The translations under genes were made by a program, and so were the position numbers. Below are positions 1-11,262 of a DNA stretch of 64,000 nucleotides, in pieces (the stretch's first letter is position 1; each line of letters begins with the position of its first letter). The notes below the pieces were generated by a model. It ran no database searches and was not told the origin of the DNA. It saw only the letters and a program-made list of their open reading frames with translations. The DNA is from Macrostomum lignano. Its lineage: Eukaryota. The DNA lies in contig NIVC01001141.1 in the NCBI GenBank assembly GCA_002269645.1, positions 1 to 64,000 of the forward strand, written 5' to 3'.

Positions 1-1
1 G

Positions 2-558
2 ATCGCAGACCCAAGCCTCGAGTCAGAGGCCACGGCGGAGGTGAGTTGTGCTCAGATTCTTGTTTTCAAAACATTCAGAACATGAAAATGGCAGATACTA
101 AATTTTGATTTGAAAAACTTTCAGACAGTGATGGAGTGGCCAGTGAGAATTCCAGCTGCTTTGAGCAGTTTCGCTTCTCTATTCCACTGTTTATTGGTCT
201 TTGCAATGCCATTCAATAATAATGATAAGCTCTCGTTTTCCTTCCCTCCGACACTTTTTTAGGAGATTGATGACGGCGGCAGCTGCGGCTTTGTGAGCTG
301 GGGCCACCACTTGAGACTAATTTTTTTGCACTGTCTATGTAGCAATGCCTCATTAGGCTACTATAAACTAATCATCGCTGACAAATGCACTCTGCCTCTA
401 TTTCAGAGTGATGGTGGAGGCGGCGGTGGCTGGACGATAGCGGAGGCGGAGCGGCTGGGACGGTGGTGGGGCGGAGGCGGCTGGGACGGTGGTGGCGGAG
501 GCGGCTGGGACGGTGGTGGGGCGGAGGCGGCTGGGACGGTGGTGGCGGTTTCGACTGA
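2..558 (+). CDS. 3' end of an unidentified gene with a Gly-rich (GGGGWD)n C-terminal tail; partial
   Basis: An exon ends at 40 with donor GAG|GTGAGT, acceptor TTTCAG| precedes 407, and the phase-0 join reads IADPSLESEATAE|SDGGGGGGW. About 24-bp repeats encode GGGGWDGG and end GGGFD-TGA at 556-558. One- or two-base indels between repeat units break the frame. Confidence 0.45.
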
Positions 559-1695
559 AGCGATTGACGCGTCGCGGACTGGGGCATGTGGGAAACGATA
601 CAAAACTCTGCGGCTAAAAATTCCACTTAGGGCTGGTACACATAATTCAGCTACAGAATAGCGTCATTTGACACGATTTCTGTGCACGTTGGTTTTGTTA
701 TTTTGTTGTTTCGACTTTCCCTTGATTTTACTTTTATTCTAAAACTATCTAGAAGTAATTGATGTCACAGTAATTGGTTTATCACGATAAAAAACAACTT
801 TCAAGAAATTCTCTTAAATCGAGATTTTTGAACAAACTCAGGCCTCTCACGCTGCACTAGCAAGCGAATGATTTTTTTAGCAAGCACGAAAGGGAGTGCA
901 TTTGCTCTGTTAAGATTGAGAATGGGGTCTCACAGAGTTGTTAACAATAGAGTAGTGACAAGGGTTTGAGATAGACGCACCCTGTAACAGGAGCGGAGCA
1001 GGACTGCAAAAATGTTATAGAAAGAAAAACTCGCAAAAAATGCTTCTGACCTCAAAGTACGTCGGTCACATTGGCTGAGCTCGGAATGTAAAAGCATCAA
1101 TTAAGTTATGAAGAACATTGTAAGAAAAAATTACTTACTGTATTTGCAAGTATTTGAGCACAAATGTCTCATCGCTGCTAGTTACTACTATAAGTATTAT
1201 ATAGCAAGACACGGCCCCTCCAGACGAGAAACCGATGTCAGATTTAAGCGCCGGACTGATTTTTTAAAATTTTTGAGTCTTCTCCAGCCTACGTCCGCTA
1301 AGCCTGGAATAGGCCTGTTTCAAAGGGTAAAGAAAGTCTATTCTCAGTACAAAAAATAAAATCAAAATCTTGTTTTGCAGAACATGGTTGATACAGCATC
1401 CCTCGTGTGCAATTCCATGCGAGTTCGCAATCAGCTACAAGAGAACCGAAATCGATTCAATATGAGGATAGACTCTGAGTATAAATTTCATCTTGGCTTG
1501 CGTGCTTATCAGCTAACCAAAGTGTTTTGAAAAATGCAGCCGAAAGTTGCGATTTAAGACACTTCTGAATGGAATCTGCCGAAGCTGTGAGGGTTAAGAG
1601 CTGCTTGAATGAGCTGCTTGAATTGATGAGCGGCTGCATGGAACAAGCGGAAAGCGGCATCACGTGACTGAGCAGCAAAACAACTGAGCCATGGC

Positions 1696-1703
1696 TATAA
1701 ATA
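1696..1703 (+). promoter_or_regulatory. Candidate TATA box (GGC-TATAAATA-G), possibly for the ACSL gene
   Basis: Consensus TATAAATA about 750 bp upstream of the ACSL ATG. The same GGCTATAAATAGA context precedes the P450 gene at 54711. Confidence 0.25.
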
Positions 1704-2452
1704 GATTCACCCAGTTGGCAGTTGAGAAGGAGAGCAATAAACAGACGTCCAAAAAGAGAAACAATAGCCAGTGTTGCGCTCCAAGGGATTTCACCCGAGA
1801 GATTTGGCCAACGATTTAGTCAAAATCTTTCACAGGGAGACCTGACCAGCGAAGCTACTGCACTGCAAACTGCCGACGCATTCTTGACAGTGAGCTGTGA
1901 GCACAAAAGTGTTTGTCTTGCATTCTCGGTGTTTTTCAAACGCTTCGGAGCGGCTCCATGGGCCTCGGTCAGCTGCAACCGATCACCGTGCAGCAACCGC
2001 CACATGCATTTAGCTTGCGATCGCTGCCTCAGTTCGCAAAGTGGATGTTGCATCAGTTCAGAGGGGTTCATGTGCATTAGCACTAGAATGCATTGTCTAT
2101 ACGAGGTACACTCGTAGTGCACCGCAGTCCTCACCCCTGACAGCTAACTCCGATTCCGCCAGCTAGAGCTGGTAACTGTACTAACTGGGGTGTTTGCCGC
2201 CCTCTCTCACCCCGCTTAGTCCACAGCCTGCCTCTCAGCCCAGCCCATTGGCCCAGTTGGCAAAGCCAGTGGAGGAGAGGGACAGAGTGGGATAAAACAG
2301 GTAGAAAAGAAAATTAAGAATGAGGAGAGCCGGAATCAGCCCATAGCCCCGTCAGCGCCAGGCACTTAGCAGCCCCTGCCTGGCCCCTTTCAGGCACAAA
2401 GAGGCGGCTGGTAGCAAAGCTCAGACCAGCCTCCTGAGGGCGTCATCACGGC

Positions 2453-5400
2453 ATGGCTCACGCCAAGGTTGCGCCACAATCGCTGACTGATGATGAGGCG
2501 GAGATTCTGAGAAGTACGCGACCCGAGGATCAGGATCGAGTAAGGATTTCAGCTGATTGTAAATTTCCCACACGGATCTCTCTGGCTCCTTTCATTTAGG
2601 TTGGCGCACTTTGAGCTGTTGGGCACGAATAAAAAACTTGTTTCCATAGCAACCCTGTGCTTTAGAGGCAAAGGAAAGAGCTTTTTCTGCTGTTTTGGTA
2701 AGCCGGAGGGACTTCGTGTTAACCACCTTTTAACACACCGAGAAGTAGAAATACAAAAGACAAAAGCAAACCTGACAACAAAAGGCAGCAAAAGTAGGAA
2801 GTGGCTGGGAAATCCTGGCGAGGCGGATCAAAGCGGCTCTTTTCCACATCATTATTGCCGTTTGCCTCGGATTTCAACTGGGCTCTGATGTGAGATGCTG
2901 GAGCCAACCAATAAAAGTACATTTTTAATGCCTGCGTGCCCTTGAGCCATGAGCCTAGCATGCTGCAGCAGCTGCAGGATTCCGTGAGAAAGCCCCAGGT
3001 AGAGAGGCCACTAGAGCAGCGGGAAAGCAACTGCTGCAAGAAGAGATAAAAATGAGTTCTCTGTGGCAGCGGTACCCAACTTAAGCGAAGAGATGCTGAG
3101 TAGTACTGGCACAAGAGTGGAGAAGACATGCGATTGCCTGTCATGAGTACAGTCCCAGAAATAATGCTCTCTTCTTTCTGGCATTCAGACCATTCACCCA
3201 AGCAACCCCGACCTCTCGACAGCCTGTGAAAACAAAATTTCTGCCCTCATTCTCTGCATTTCTGCAGTGGGGTGTTCCCGGTTTGGGGTAAATCGCGTGA
3301 ATGTGACATTCCCAAAGTCCACAAGCTTATTTGAACCCAAGGAGCTGTATCTTTACTCAAGTCTATGCCGTGTCAAATCGATATCCAGCCGAGTTTACGG
3401 GAGGTACTGGAGAAATCAAGTCAATAAAATGAAATTATAAAACGTCGAAATGCAAATATTCAGTAGATGAGGAAACAGCACATTATGTTCTGTCAGAGTT
3501 AGTGAGTAAACTTGACAGGCTGAAATATAAAATAGACTGTTAGCACCTCTACGAACGTGCTCCCCCATGCTTGCAGAGACACGAGATCTTCTCCAGCAGG
3601 CTAGCCGGCAGCCCGCACCAGAACGTGCTGGACCTCTTCCTGACCGGGGAGCGAGTGTCCTGCACCCAGCCTTGCTTGGGACGGCGAGACGGCGAGCGCT
3701 CGCCCTACACCTGGCTGTCCTATAGAGAGGTAGGCGCTTAGAAGGGGCCTGATTGGAACATTAGCTTGATTGATATTTGGATTCCAATCGATTTAAGCGA
3801 ATGGACTTTTGCCAGCCATCAAGAAAATTGATACGCTGTTTCCCGCTAATGAGGGGCTTGTCGGATTTGCAGTCAGCGAGGCGGAAAGCTGTAGTGCTGC
3901 TTCAAGCACTGACAGTAGATCAGATTTATACAATAGTTGAATCTTGAGGATAGATATAGCTAAAACTATAGACAAAGTCTAGCTGGAACTGTGAGCACAG
4001 TGAGTTTTGTGGCCTCTAGCAAAGGAAGTTTTGTCAGTCCCCAGCAACTGGACTTGTTCAGAAACCTATGCGGGTTTTGAGGTAAGAGAGGCCAACACAG
4101 CCGTTTACCCACCGGTTACAGGTGCTGCAGCAGGCCCGCTGCGTGAGCCACTTCCTCACCGGGCAGCTGCATCTTCGACGCGGCGCTTTCGTGGCAATCT
4201 GGTCGAAGAACCGGACCGAGTGGGTGACGCTGGAGCTCGGCTGCTTCATGACGGGCCTCGTGCCGGTGCCACTGTATGACACGCTCGGCGACGAGGCCTG
4301 CGACTACGTGCTGAAGCAGACTGGCGCGGCCGTCATGCTGTGCGAGGGCCGGGCTCAAGCAGCCGGACTGACTCGGCTCAAGTCGGGCGCTCAGATCCAG
4401 CACCTGATTCAGCTGGACTTCGCCGAGGTGGCCAACAGTGAAGTCGCGGAAGGCCCCAAGGTCTGGAGCTGGTCGGACGTGCTGAGCACCGGCGAGAGCT
4501 GGAAGAGCGGCTGGCACAGGCTGGAAAGCAGCAGGAGCAGCCGTGGGCAGGGCCGACCTGGCTGTTCTCTGCTACACCAGCGGAACTACAGGTGGGCGGA
4601 AAAAGCGATCAAAGTATGATTAACTGACCGTACTTAATTGCAAAGGAAGCTGTCTATTGGCTTTTCTGCTGCTCCCAGAGGATAGTTTCAAATTCAAGTC
4701 CACGAATACTGCGGTTATTCCTTGCATTCTGTTCTCTGCAGCCATTGCAAGACTTCATTCATAAGCCCTTGAGGCATCTCGCGCATGCACATCATCACCT
4801 AACAATGTAACATCAGTGTCTTCAGTAGATAGTGCAGCGCAAGAATATCAGAGGGCAAAAAAATCATTTTTTGAGTCATTCCTTATTCCCCTCGCAGCGA
4901 GGATTGAAATTAACTTCAGACGAACTTAATTATCATACTAACATCACCCCTCAGGCCCACGAAGGGAGTGCAAATCACACACGGAAATCTGGTGGCAGAG
5001 GTTCTCGGGATGCACGAGTTCTTGGTGGCTCATGGAGGCCAGGTGAGCATGAGCATGAGTGCTATGAGTGCTAGTACGAGTACGAGTTATCAGTATCAGT
5101 ATCTGTATCCCGGAGCAATTGCAGTATCAGTGGGTAGAGAAAGAATTTCCGTCCCCAGACCAACCTGCTTGCAGCTTAGCTTGTTGCGGGAGGGAATCCG
5201 ATGCCCATTCGCTAATTGTACCAAGCTTAAAATCTGATCTTAATTCCATTATCTACTGGAATTCAAAGCGGTCCAGCGTAAATTGCCTGAGACTTCAAAG
5301 CAAAATAGCGCAAAAACTGCCTTTGCCAGCACGCACCTGTGCCTCACCACGACGACGTGTACCTGAGCTACCTGCCGCTGGCGCACATCTTCGAGCGCAT

Positions 5401-7004
5401 TATGCAGCTGTTCTGCTTCATGCAGGGCATGCGGATCGGCTTCTTCCGCGGCGACATCGCTGGCCTCACAGCCGACATGCGGGAGCTGCAGCCCACCGTC
5501 TTCTGCACCGTGCCGCGACTGCTCAACCGAATCTACGACCTGGCGCACGCCAACGTGGCCGGCAGCTGCCTGAAGTCGCTCATCTTCAACCTGGCGCTGC
5601 GCAAGAAGACAGAGGAGGTTGACCGCGGCGTTATCCGCAACAACTCGATGTGGGACTCGCTGGTCTTTTCCAAGGTGCGCGAGCCCACCGGGGGCCGCAT
5701 CCGCCTCGTCATTGTGGGTTCCGCGCCGCTCGCCGAGTCCGTCATGCGGTTCGCACGAGCTGCCTTCGGCTGCCCCGTCATGGAGGGCTACGGCCAGTCT
5801 GAGGCCACCGGCGGCTCCACCTGCACTCCGCCGACCTGCGTCTCGACCGGCCACGTGGGCGTGCCTCTGTTTCAGAATGCCGTCATGCTGCAGGTATCCG
5901 GGTTCTGGGTGGGGCTGCTGGTAGTGGACTGGAGGCATGCACATTTATTTTTCCCAACAGTTTACTTCGGCGATTGTGTATTCAGTCGCTCAACACTCTA
6001 CATGTACAAGATTCATCGTTTTTTCATCGTTTAGCGCACCCCTTCCTGCCGCGCAGGACGTCCCTGAGATGGACTATTTCTCTCGGGACGGCCGTGGTGA
6101 GGTCTGCGTCCGGGGGCCAAACGTTACCAGCGGTTACTTCGCCCAGCCGGACAAGACGGCTGAGGCCATCGACAGCGCTGGCTGGCTGCACACGGGCGAC
6201 ATCGGCGAGTGGCTGCCCGGCGGGCTGCTGAGAATTATCGACCGCAAGAAGCACCTTTTCAAACTGGCGCAAGGCGAGTACCTGGCGCCCGAGAAGATCG
6301 AGCAGGTGTACGCTACCTGTCCTACCATCCAGCAGGTGTACGTTGACGGTGACAGTCTGGAGAGCTGCGCGCTGGCAGTGGTAGTGCCCAGTGCCGAAGC
6401 GGCACAGGCCTGGGCGCATCGCCATCGCGAGGACTCGGCGGGCTCGCCTGAAGTTGCTATGACAGCCGCCTGCGGCAGCGAGGAATTCAAGCAGGCAGTG
6501 ATGCAGGAGATGCTGGCGGCGGGGAAGGCGGCTGGTCTAAAGTCGTTCGAACAGGTGTGAAACTGTTGCCACTTTTTCGTCTTTTTCAATTAAAGCCTTC
6601 AAAATACCACTGTTATCACAGAAATCTGCGGCTGTTAGAGCCTCTGCAATTTTAGCCACTTGATTAGGCCTCTCGATAGCGGACCCGCTCTGAACCCTAA
6701 TCCAGGCAGGATCGGCTTGTTGTGAATTATGATAGGCTTTGCAGTGAATTAATTTTGAACCAAGGTGCTATCATGTGAATGCTTATCAGCTGCCTTGACT
6801 ATCAAGCTGCCAAGTTCTTCTAAAAACATTGAAACCTTAAAATCCGCTCCAAAACAGGCGAAAGACATTGTTCTGCACCCGGAAGCCTTCAGCATAGAAA
6901 ACGGCTTGTTGACGCCCACCTTCAAAGCCCGGCGGCCTGAGCTGAGGAAGCGCTTTGGCGATGAATTCAAGCAGATGTACCAGAAGATGAAAACTGGAGG
7001 CTGA
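2453..7004 (+). CDS. ACSL: Long-chain fatty-acid-CoA ligase (ACSL1/5/6 family), 7 coding exons
   Basis: Exons 2453-2539, 3577-3729, 4122-4591, 4955-5042, 5330-5893, 6057-6554 and 6858-7004, all GT-AG. Motifs: WLSYRE, VPLYDTLG, CYTSGTT (in a shifted frame, see findings), KGVQITHGN, YLSYLPLAHIFER, EGYGQSE, WLHTGDIG, IDRKKHLFKLAQGEYLAPEKIE, FSIENGLLTPTFK. A TACTAAC branch point lies at 4936-4942. The first exon is less certain than the rest. Confidence 0.92.
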
Positions 7005-7919
7005 AATCTGAAGACTAAAGAGCTCATGCCAGATAGGCAACTTGGCAACTTGATTGATTTCGTTTGATATGGAACTTTTGAATATGAGTATTTTGTATCC
7101 AGACATGTACAAGCCAAAATAAATGAACTTTGAAGCCACTTTGCACACCGCTGACTGTTACATTTTCCAGCTCCGAATCACAGCTAACCAGCTGCACGCT
7201 TTAGCGGTAAAACGCACGCAGGATGCAGATGGGCACAGAGACTTAGATATGCAAAATATTCAGCACCACAGATGCTTGTCAGCGGCTGAAAGGAAAAAAA
7301 TAATCAGACAAATGTGTTAACTTATAAATTCTTTTTTTTCTTGCTTCCAGCTGGTTAATAGAATTTCAAAATCTCAGGGTCACCGGCATCCTCTAGAAGG
7401 CAGTTAGTGGGGAGCCAAGATGCCGGCAACTCCCCTACTCAGACTCAGACAGTCACTGTTCTGTCTGTCAGTTTGTACAGTGTTGAAGGATCTTTTAGCT
7501 GATTTGGGCACATTTAGGCTTCCTGGGCGCCTCGTTACCCAAGACTCATAGTGATCCTGCCGCCATTGAAACAGTCGACTTGATAGAAACCTCTTTAACT
7601 ATTTAAATGCTGACAAACTTTACTGTCAGATAAAAAGTGAATTCACACGGATTGCCCCTGTTTGTGAGGTAAATGGGACGAACCGCACTGCTTTCACTAA
7701 GACGCAAGCTCCCCAAAAGATCTTCTTTGAGACGTCAGCACTAAAGCAGCGAGCCGTCAGTACGCAGTGAATTCCATGACTTCCCTGGTTGACGCCAACG
7801 TCCAGGATGTGGCTGTCCCCGTTTGGTACAATGCCCTCCTGAATACAGCCCATTTTAATGTCATTGGCATCACAGTCAGTGATAAGTTGCCATCCCGTGG
7901 TTGAAAATGCAGCAATTGC

Positions 7920-8046
7920 TGCCTCCATTTCTCTTAGGCTCTTTTGTGAGCCTGGAGTGAAATGGGTGTTAGCCATCCACCCCTCGCGCTGTACATTGTG
8001 CCGCCTTTGTGCGCCGTCTTCTCTACCCCCCGTGGGGTGGGGGGAG
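7920..8046 (+). repeat. Split direct repeat A1 (second copy A2 at 11261-11386)
   Basis: TGCCTCCATTTCTCTTAGGCTC...CCGTGGGGTGGGGG(G)AG is near-identical at both positions. Confidence 0.93.
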
Positions 8047-8385
8047 ATCGGCGAGCTCTTAGACGCTAACTACAGTCCAAGTGTCGTGTGGGAATTCGAT
8101 GAGGATTACAGAAAGTTGATCGCAGACTCGGATTCGCATCGATGGGGCTGCGAGCCTCCACAGCTGTACCACCGACACCTTAACGCACCAAGAAACTTAA
8201 AAGTCACCCTGAGCAGACCAACATCCAACCAGTCGCAAGCTCCCATCTGCCTAAGCTACAACTCCCCTGCTGGCTGCCAGCGGTCCTCCTGTAGGTACCG
8301 TCACGTCTGCAAGCTGCGCGACTGCGGCCGGCCGGCGTCGGCGGCGACGCTGTGGAGGGAGCAAAAAACTAGATCTTTTTTATAG
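8047..8385 (+). pseudogene. C-terminal remnant of the Ngaro-type gag ORF with a Cys/His zinc finger
   Basis: ICLSYNSPAGCQRSSCRYRHVCKLRDC matches the C-x2-(Y/F)N-x4-C-x4-C-x-(Y/F)-x-H-x-C finger of YR-retrotransposon gag. The 5' part of the ORF is missing and it abuts A1 directly. Confidence 0.65.
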
Positions 8386-8407
8386 CCGCCCTGCTTTTAA
8401 CCCCCGT

Positions 8408-9941
8408 TTGCCGTCGCCTTTTATCTTGCCTCCCTCTGCTCATTGCCCTGCTCCCACCCTGCTCTCTCCACCGCGCCGCGCTCTGTCGTCCAACATGAAC
8501 CTTGCCGCCTGGGAGCCGCTGCTTCTGGGTGACCAAGACGAAAATTTTTTTCGCAGCGGCCTTAGTTACGGCTTTCGGCTCGTCAATAGGTCGCCGCCTT
8601 CTCTTGCCTGCTCCGCCAACTACCGCTCAGCCTTGGACCAAGCCAAGCAGGTTGATGAACTGCTCGCCGAGGAGCTCCGTCTCGGCCGCCTGCAGCTCGC
8701 CAATGGCCCTGTCATGATGAACGCCATCGGGGCGATTCCAAAATCTGACGGCAGTGTCCGGGTCATTCATGACCTTTTTAGACCTTCGGGGTCCTCCGTC
8801 AACGACAGCTATGAGCAGGAAAAGGGGCTGCGCTTCGCCTCTGTCCAAGACTTGAACCGCTATCTTCGCCCAAGCTCGTTTATCGGCAAAATCGACCTCA
8901 AGCAGGCCTATCGTTCCGTCGGTATTCACCCAGACGACCAGGTGCTCACGGGCCTCAGCTGGCGGTTTGCTGCCGACAGCGATGACTCGGTGCTCGTTGA
9001 CACCCGGTTGCCCTTTGGTGCTCGAGCGTCATGTGAAATTTTCCATCGCTTATTGGCCGGCATCAAGCGCCACATGCTCAGCATTGGCTTCACAGCTACC
9101 GTCAACTACTTGGACGACTGGGCAGTAGCCACTGATACTGAAGAAGCGGCTCAGGAGGCCTTCAATTATCTGGTTGAGCTACTGCAGAACTTAGGCTTCG
9201 ACATCAACCGGCAGAAGACCGTGGCTCCAGCTCAACACGTTGTGTTTCTCGGCGTGCTGGTTGACATTGTGAACGACACTCTGTCACTTCCAAGCAACAA
9301 GAAAGACGACATTAGGAAACTGCTGAACGATTGCCTGTCACGTGACGTTGTTAAGCTGAAGCAGCTCGAAAAACTGGCCCGAAAGCTGTGCTGGCTCAGC
9401 CAGATCAACAGGCTGTTGCGTCCTTTCCTGCGTCCGCTCTTCGACATCCTCAGCTACAGAATGGACACCCGGCTGCCATCTGAGCTTCGCAACCTCTTCC
9501 TCTGGTGGCTGCGCGTCGTGAGTTCTCTGCCGCCGACGGTCATTCGCCCCCGTCTTCGTCAACTTGTGGCCATCGAATCTGACAGCAGTTGCGAGGGTGC
9601 TGCTGGCATCATCTTTGGCAGCGAATTCAGTGACTGGACGTACTTCAGCTGAGAGAAGGACTTCGAGAGCAAGTTCCGCGACCTTCACATCAACCACAAA
9701 GAGGCGCTGGCTCCGCTGCTTACCATCCTGCGCTTCCGCGAGCAGCTTAGGAACAGCCGCGTTGTGATTTACTCGGATAGCACTGCTCAATAATGGCATG
9801 GTCAATAAGCTGTCCTGTCGGCATCATCTGCTCATTCGCATCTATCAGACCGTTGCTCTCGTGTGCCTCACGTCGGGAATTCAGCTCCAGGCGTTCCACC
9901 TTCCTGGCCAGATGCAGCTGCTGAGCGACTCCGCTTCTAGA
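8408..9941 (+). pseudogene. Reverse transcriptase-RNase H of the YR retrotransposon
   Basis: RT motifs IPKSDGSVRVIHDL, KIDLKQAYRSV, RLPFG, NYLDD, VFLGV. RNase H motifs ESDSS, HINHKEALA, YSDS, HLPG..LSDSASR. A TGA at 9650-9652 probably replaces a Trp codon, and there is a frameshift near 9790. Confidence 0.9.
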
Positions 9942-10017
9942 ATGGGGGGCTCGAGCAGAGAGCTCATTAATTTTTGCTGCCGTCTTTACGGCTCTTTATG
10001 CATTTGCCCTTTCGAAT

Positions 10018-11034
10018 TTGCTTCCCACACCATTTCTGCCGTGTCTCGCACCCTCTTTATTCACAGGTCGCAGCCGCGCTCCGTTCCGTTCCACCGTGTC
10101 TGTGTCCGCTCTGTGCCGCCTGTCACTAGCGCCTAGTTCCAGGAAGTCCTATGCGAGCCACTTACAAGTCTGGAACGAATTCTGCCGGCAGCGTCGAATT
10201 CCTGCGACCGTCGCCTCTGAGTCTGATGTCTGCCAATTTGTCTCGTTCCTGTTACAACGTGGACCGGCGTCCTACTCCAGTGTGCAGTCAAGCCTCAGCG
10301 CGGTGTCTTTCCTTCATAGGGCTTCCGCGTCGCCAGACCCGACCAAGGGCAGCGCTCGCCTGGCTCTCGTGTGTCGCGGGGCTCGGCGTCTTCTGAGCCG
10401 GCAGTCTCGGCGTGCGACGCCGCTGAAGCCCAGCCACCTCCGCCTGCTCTGCAGCTCCACCGAGCTACGTCATTCGCTGCCAGCATTGCAGGTGGCCTGG
10501 TGGGGAGTCCTTAGGCTCGGCGAGCTCTTACCATCCACCGCTGCGGACGCTCTTCCCTGGAGCTGCCTATCAGCGTGCCCCGGTGGTCTGCGGCTGGTGC
10601 TCAACAGGTCAAAGACAAACCAATTCAAGGAGCGGCAACTGGAAGTTTTTCTGCCGCAGGCCTCTGAATGTCTGCTTATCTGTCCCGCTTCCGCACTAGC
10701 AACTCATCTGCGCGAGAATCAAATCTACGCGTCGCAGCAGCCCCTGTTTTCTGTCCTAGGCAGCCGCGGCCGGACTCTCTTGTCTGCCGCTATGTTCATC
10801 CGGCTCCTAAAGCGGGGCATGTCTCTGTGCGGCTTTGGTGAGTGCGGCTTCTCAGGTCACAGTCTGCGTAGAGGGGGGGCCAGCGCTGCCTTTCAGTCAG
10901 GCCTCTCAATCGCCGACATCCGTTGCATAGGCGACTGGCGTTCAGACTGCGTCTTTCGGTATTTCTCTGATGAGGCGTCATTTGCCCGCCGTCGGACAGC
11001 AGCTAGGCGGATCGCTGCCTGCCTGGCCTCTTGA
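10018..11034 (+). CDS. Tyrosine recombinase of the YR retrotransposon (intact ORF)
   Basis: Catalytic set present: LRLGEL (R), SKTNQF (K), GHSLRRGGA (H-x2-R), GDWRS (W), FRY (Y). Confidence 0.93.
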   Translation: MLPTPFLPCLAPSLFTGRSRAPFRSTVSVSALCRLSLAPSSRKSYASHLQVWNEFCRQRRIPATVASESDVCQFVSFLLQRGPASYSSVQSSLSAVSFLHRASASPDPTKGSARLALVCRGARRLLSRQSRRATPLKPSHLRLLCSSTELRHSLPALQVAWWGVLRLGELLPSTAADALPWSCLSACPGGLRLVLNRSKTNQFKERQLEVFLPQASECLLICPASALATHLRENQIYASQQPLFSVLGSRGRTLLSAAMFIRLLKRGMSLCGFGECGFSGHSLRRGGASAAFQSGLSIADIRCIGDWRSDCVFRYFSDEASFARRRTAARRIAACLAS

Positions 11035-11166
11035 CTGCTTACTCGCTCGTTTTTTTTTACCCTTTGGCGTTTTACCTTGGCGTTCGTGGCCTGGCTTTGC
11101 TTACTTTTGCTGCCTCCTTGCTTTTATCTTCCTGTTCTCTCCTTTTCTCCTCCTTTTTTCGGGGTT

Positions 11167-11262
11167 GGGGTCGCTTTCCCCACCTCTCGCGCTGCTTCGG
11201 GCCATAGACCTTTGCCTGCCTGCTGTTCGTCTCATTTGCTGTTGGGGTGTGATTGGTTAATG
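11167..11262 (+). repeat. Split direct repeat B1 (second copy B2 at 11526-11626)
   Basis: GGGGTCGCTTT(C/T)CCCACCTCTCGCG...GTGTGATTGGTTAATG occurs at both positions with a few differences. Confidence 0.92.
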
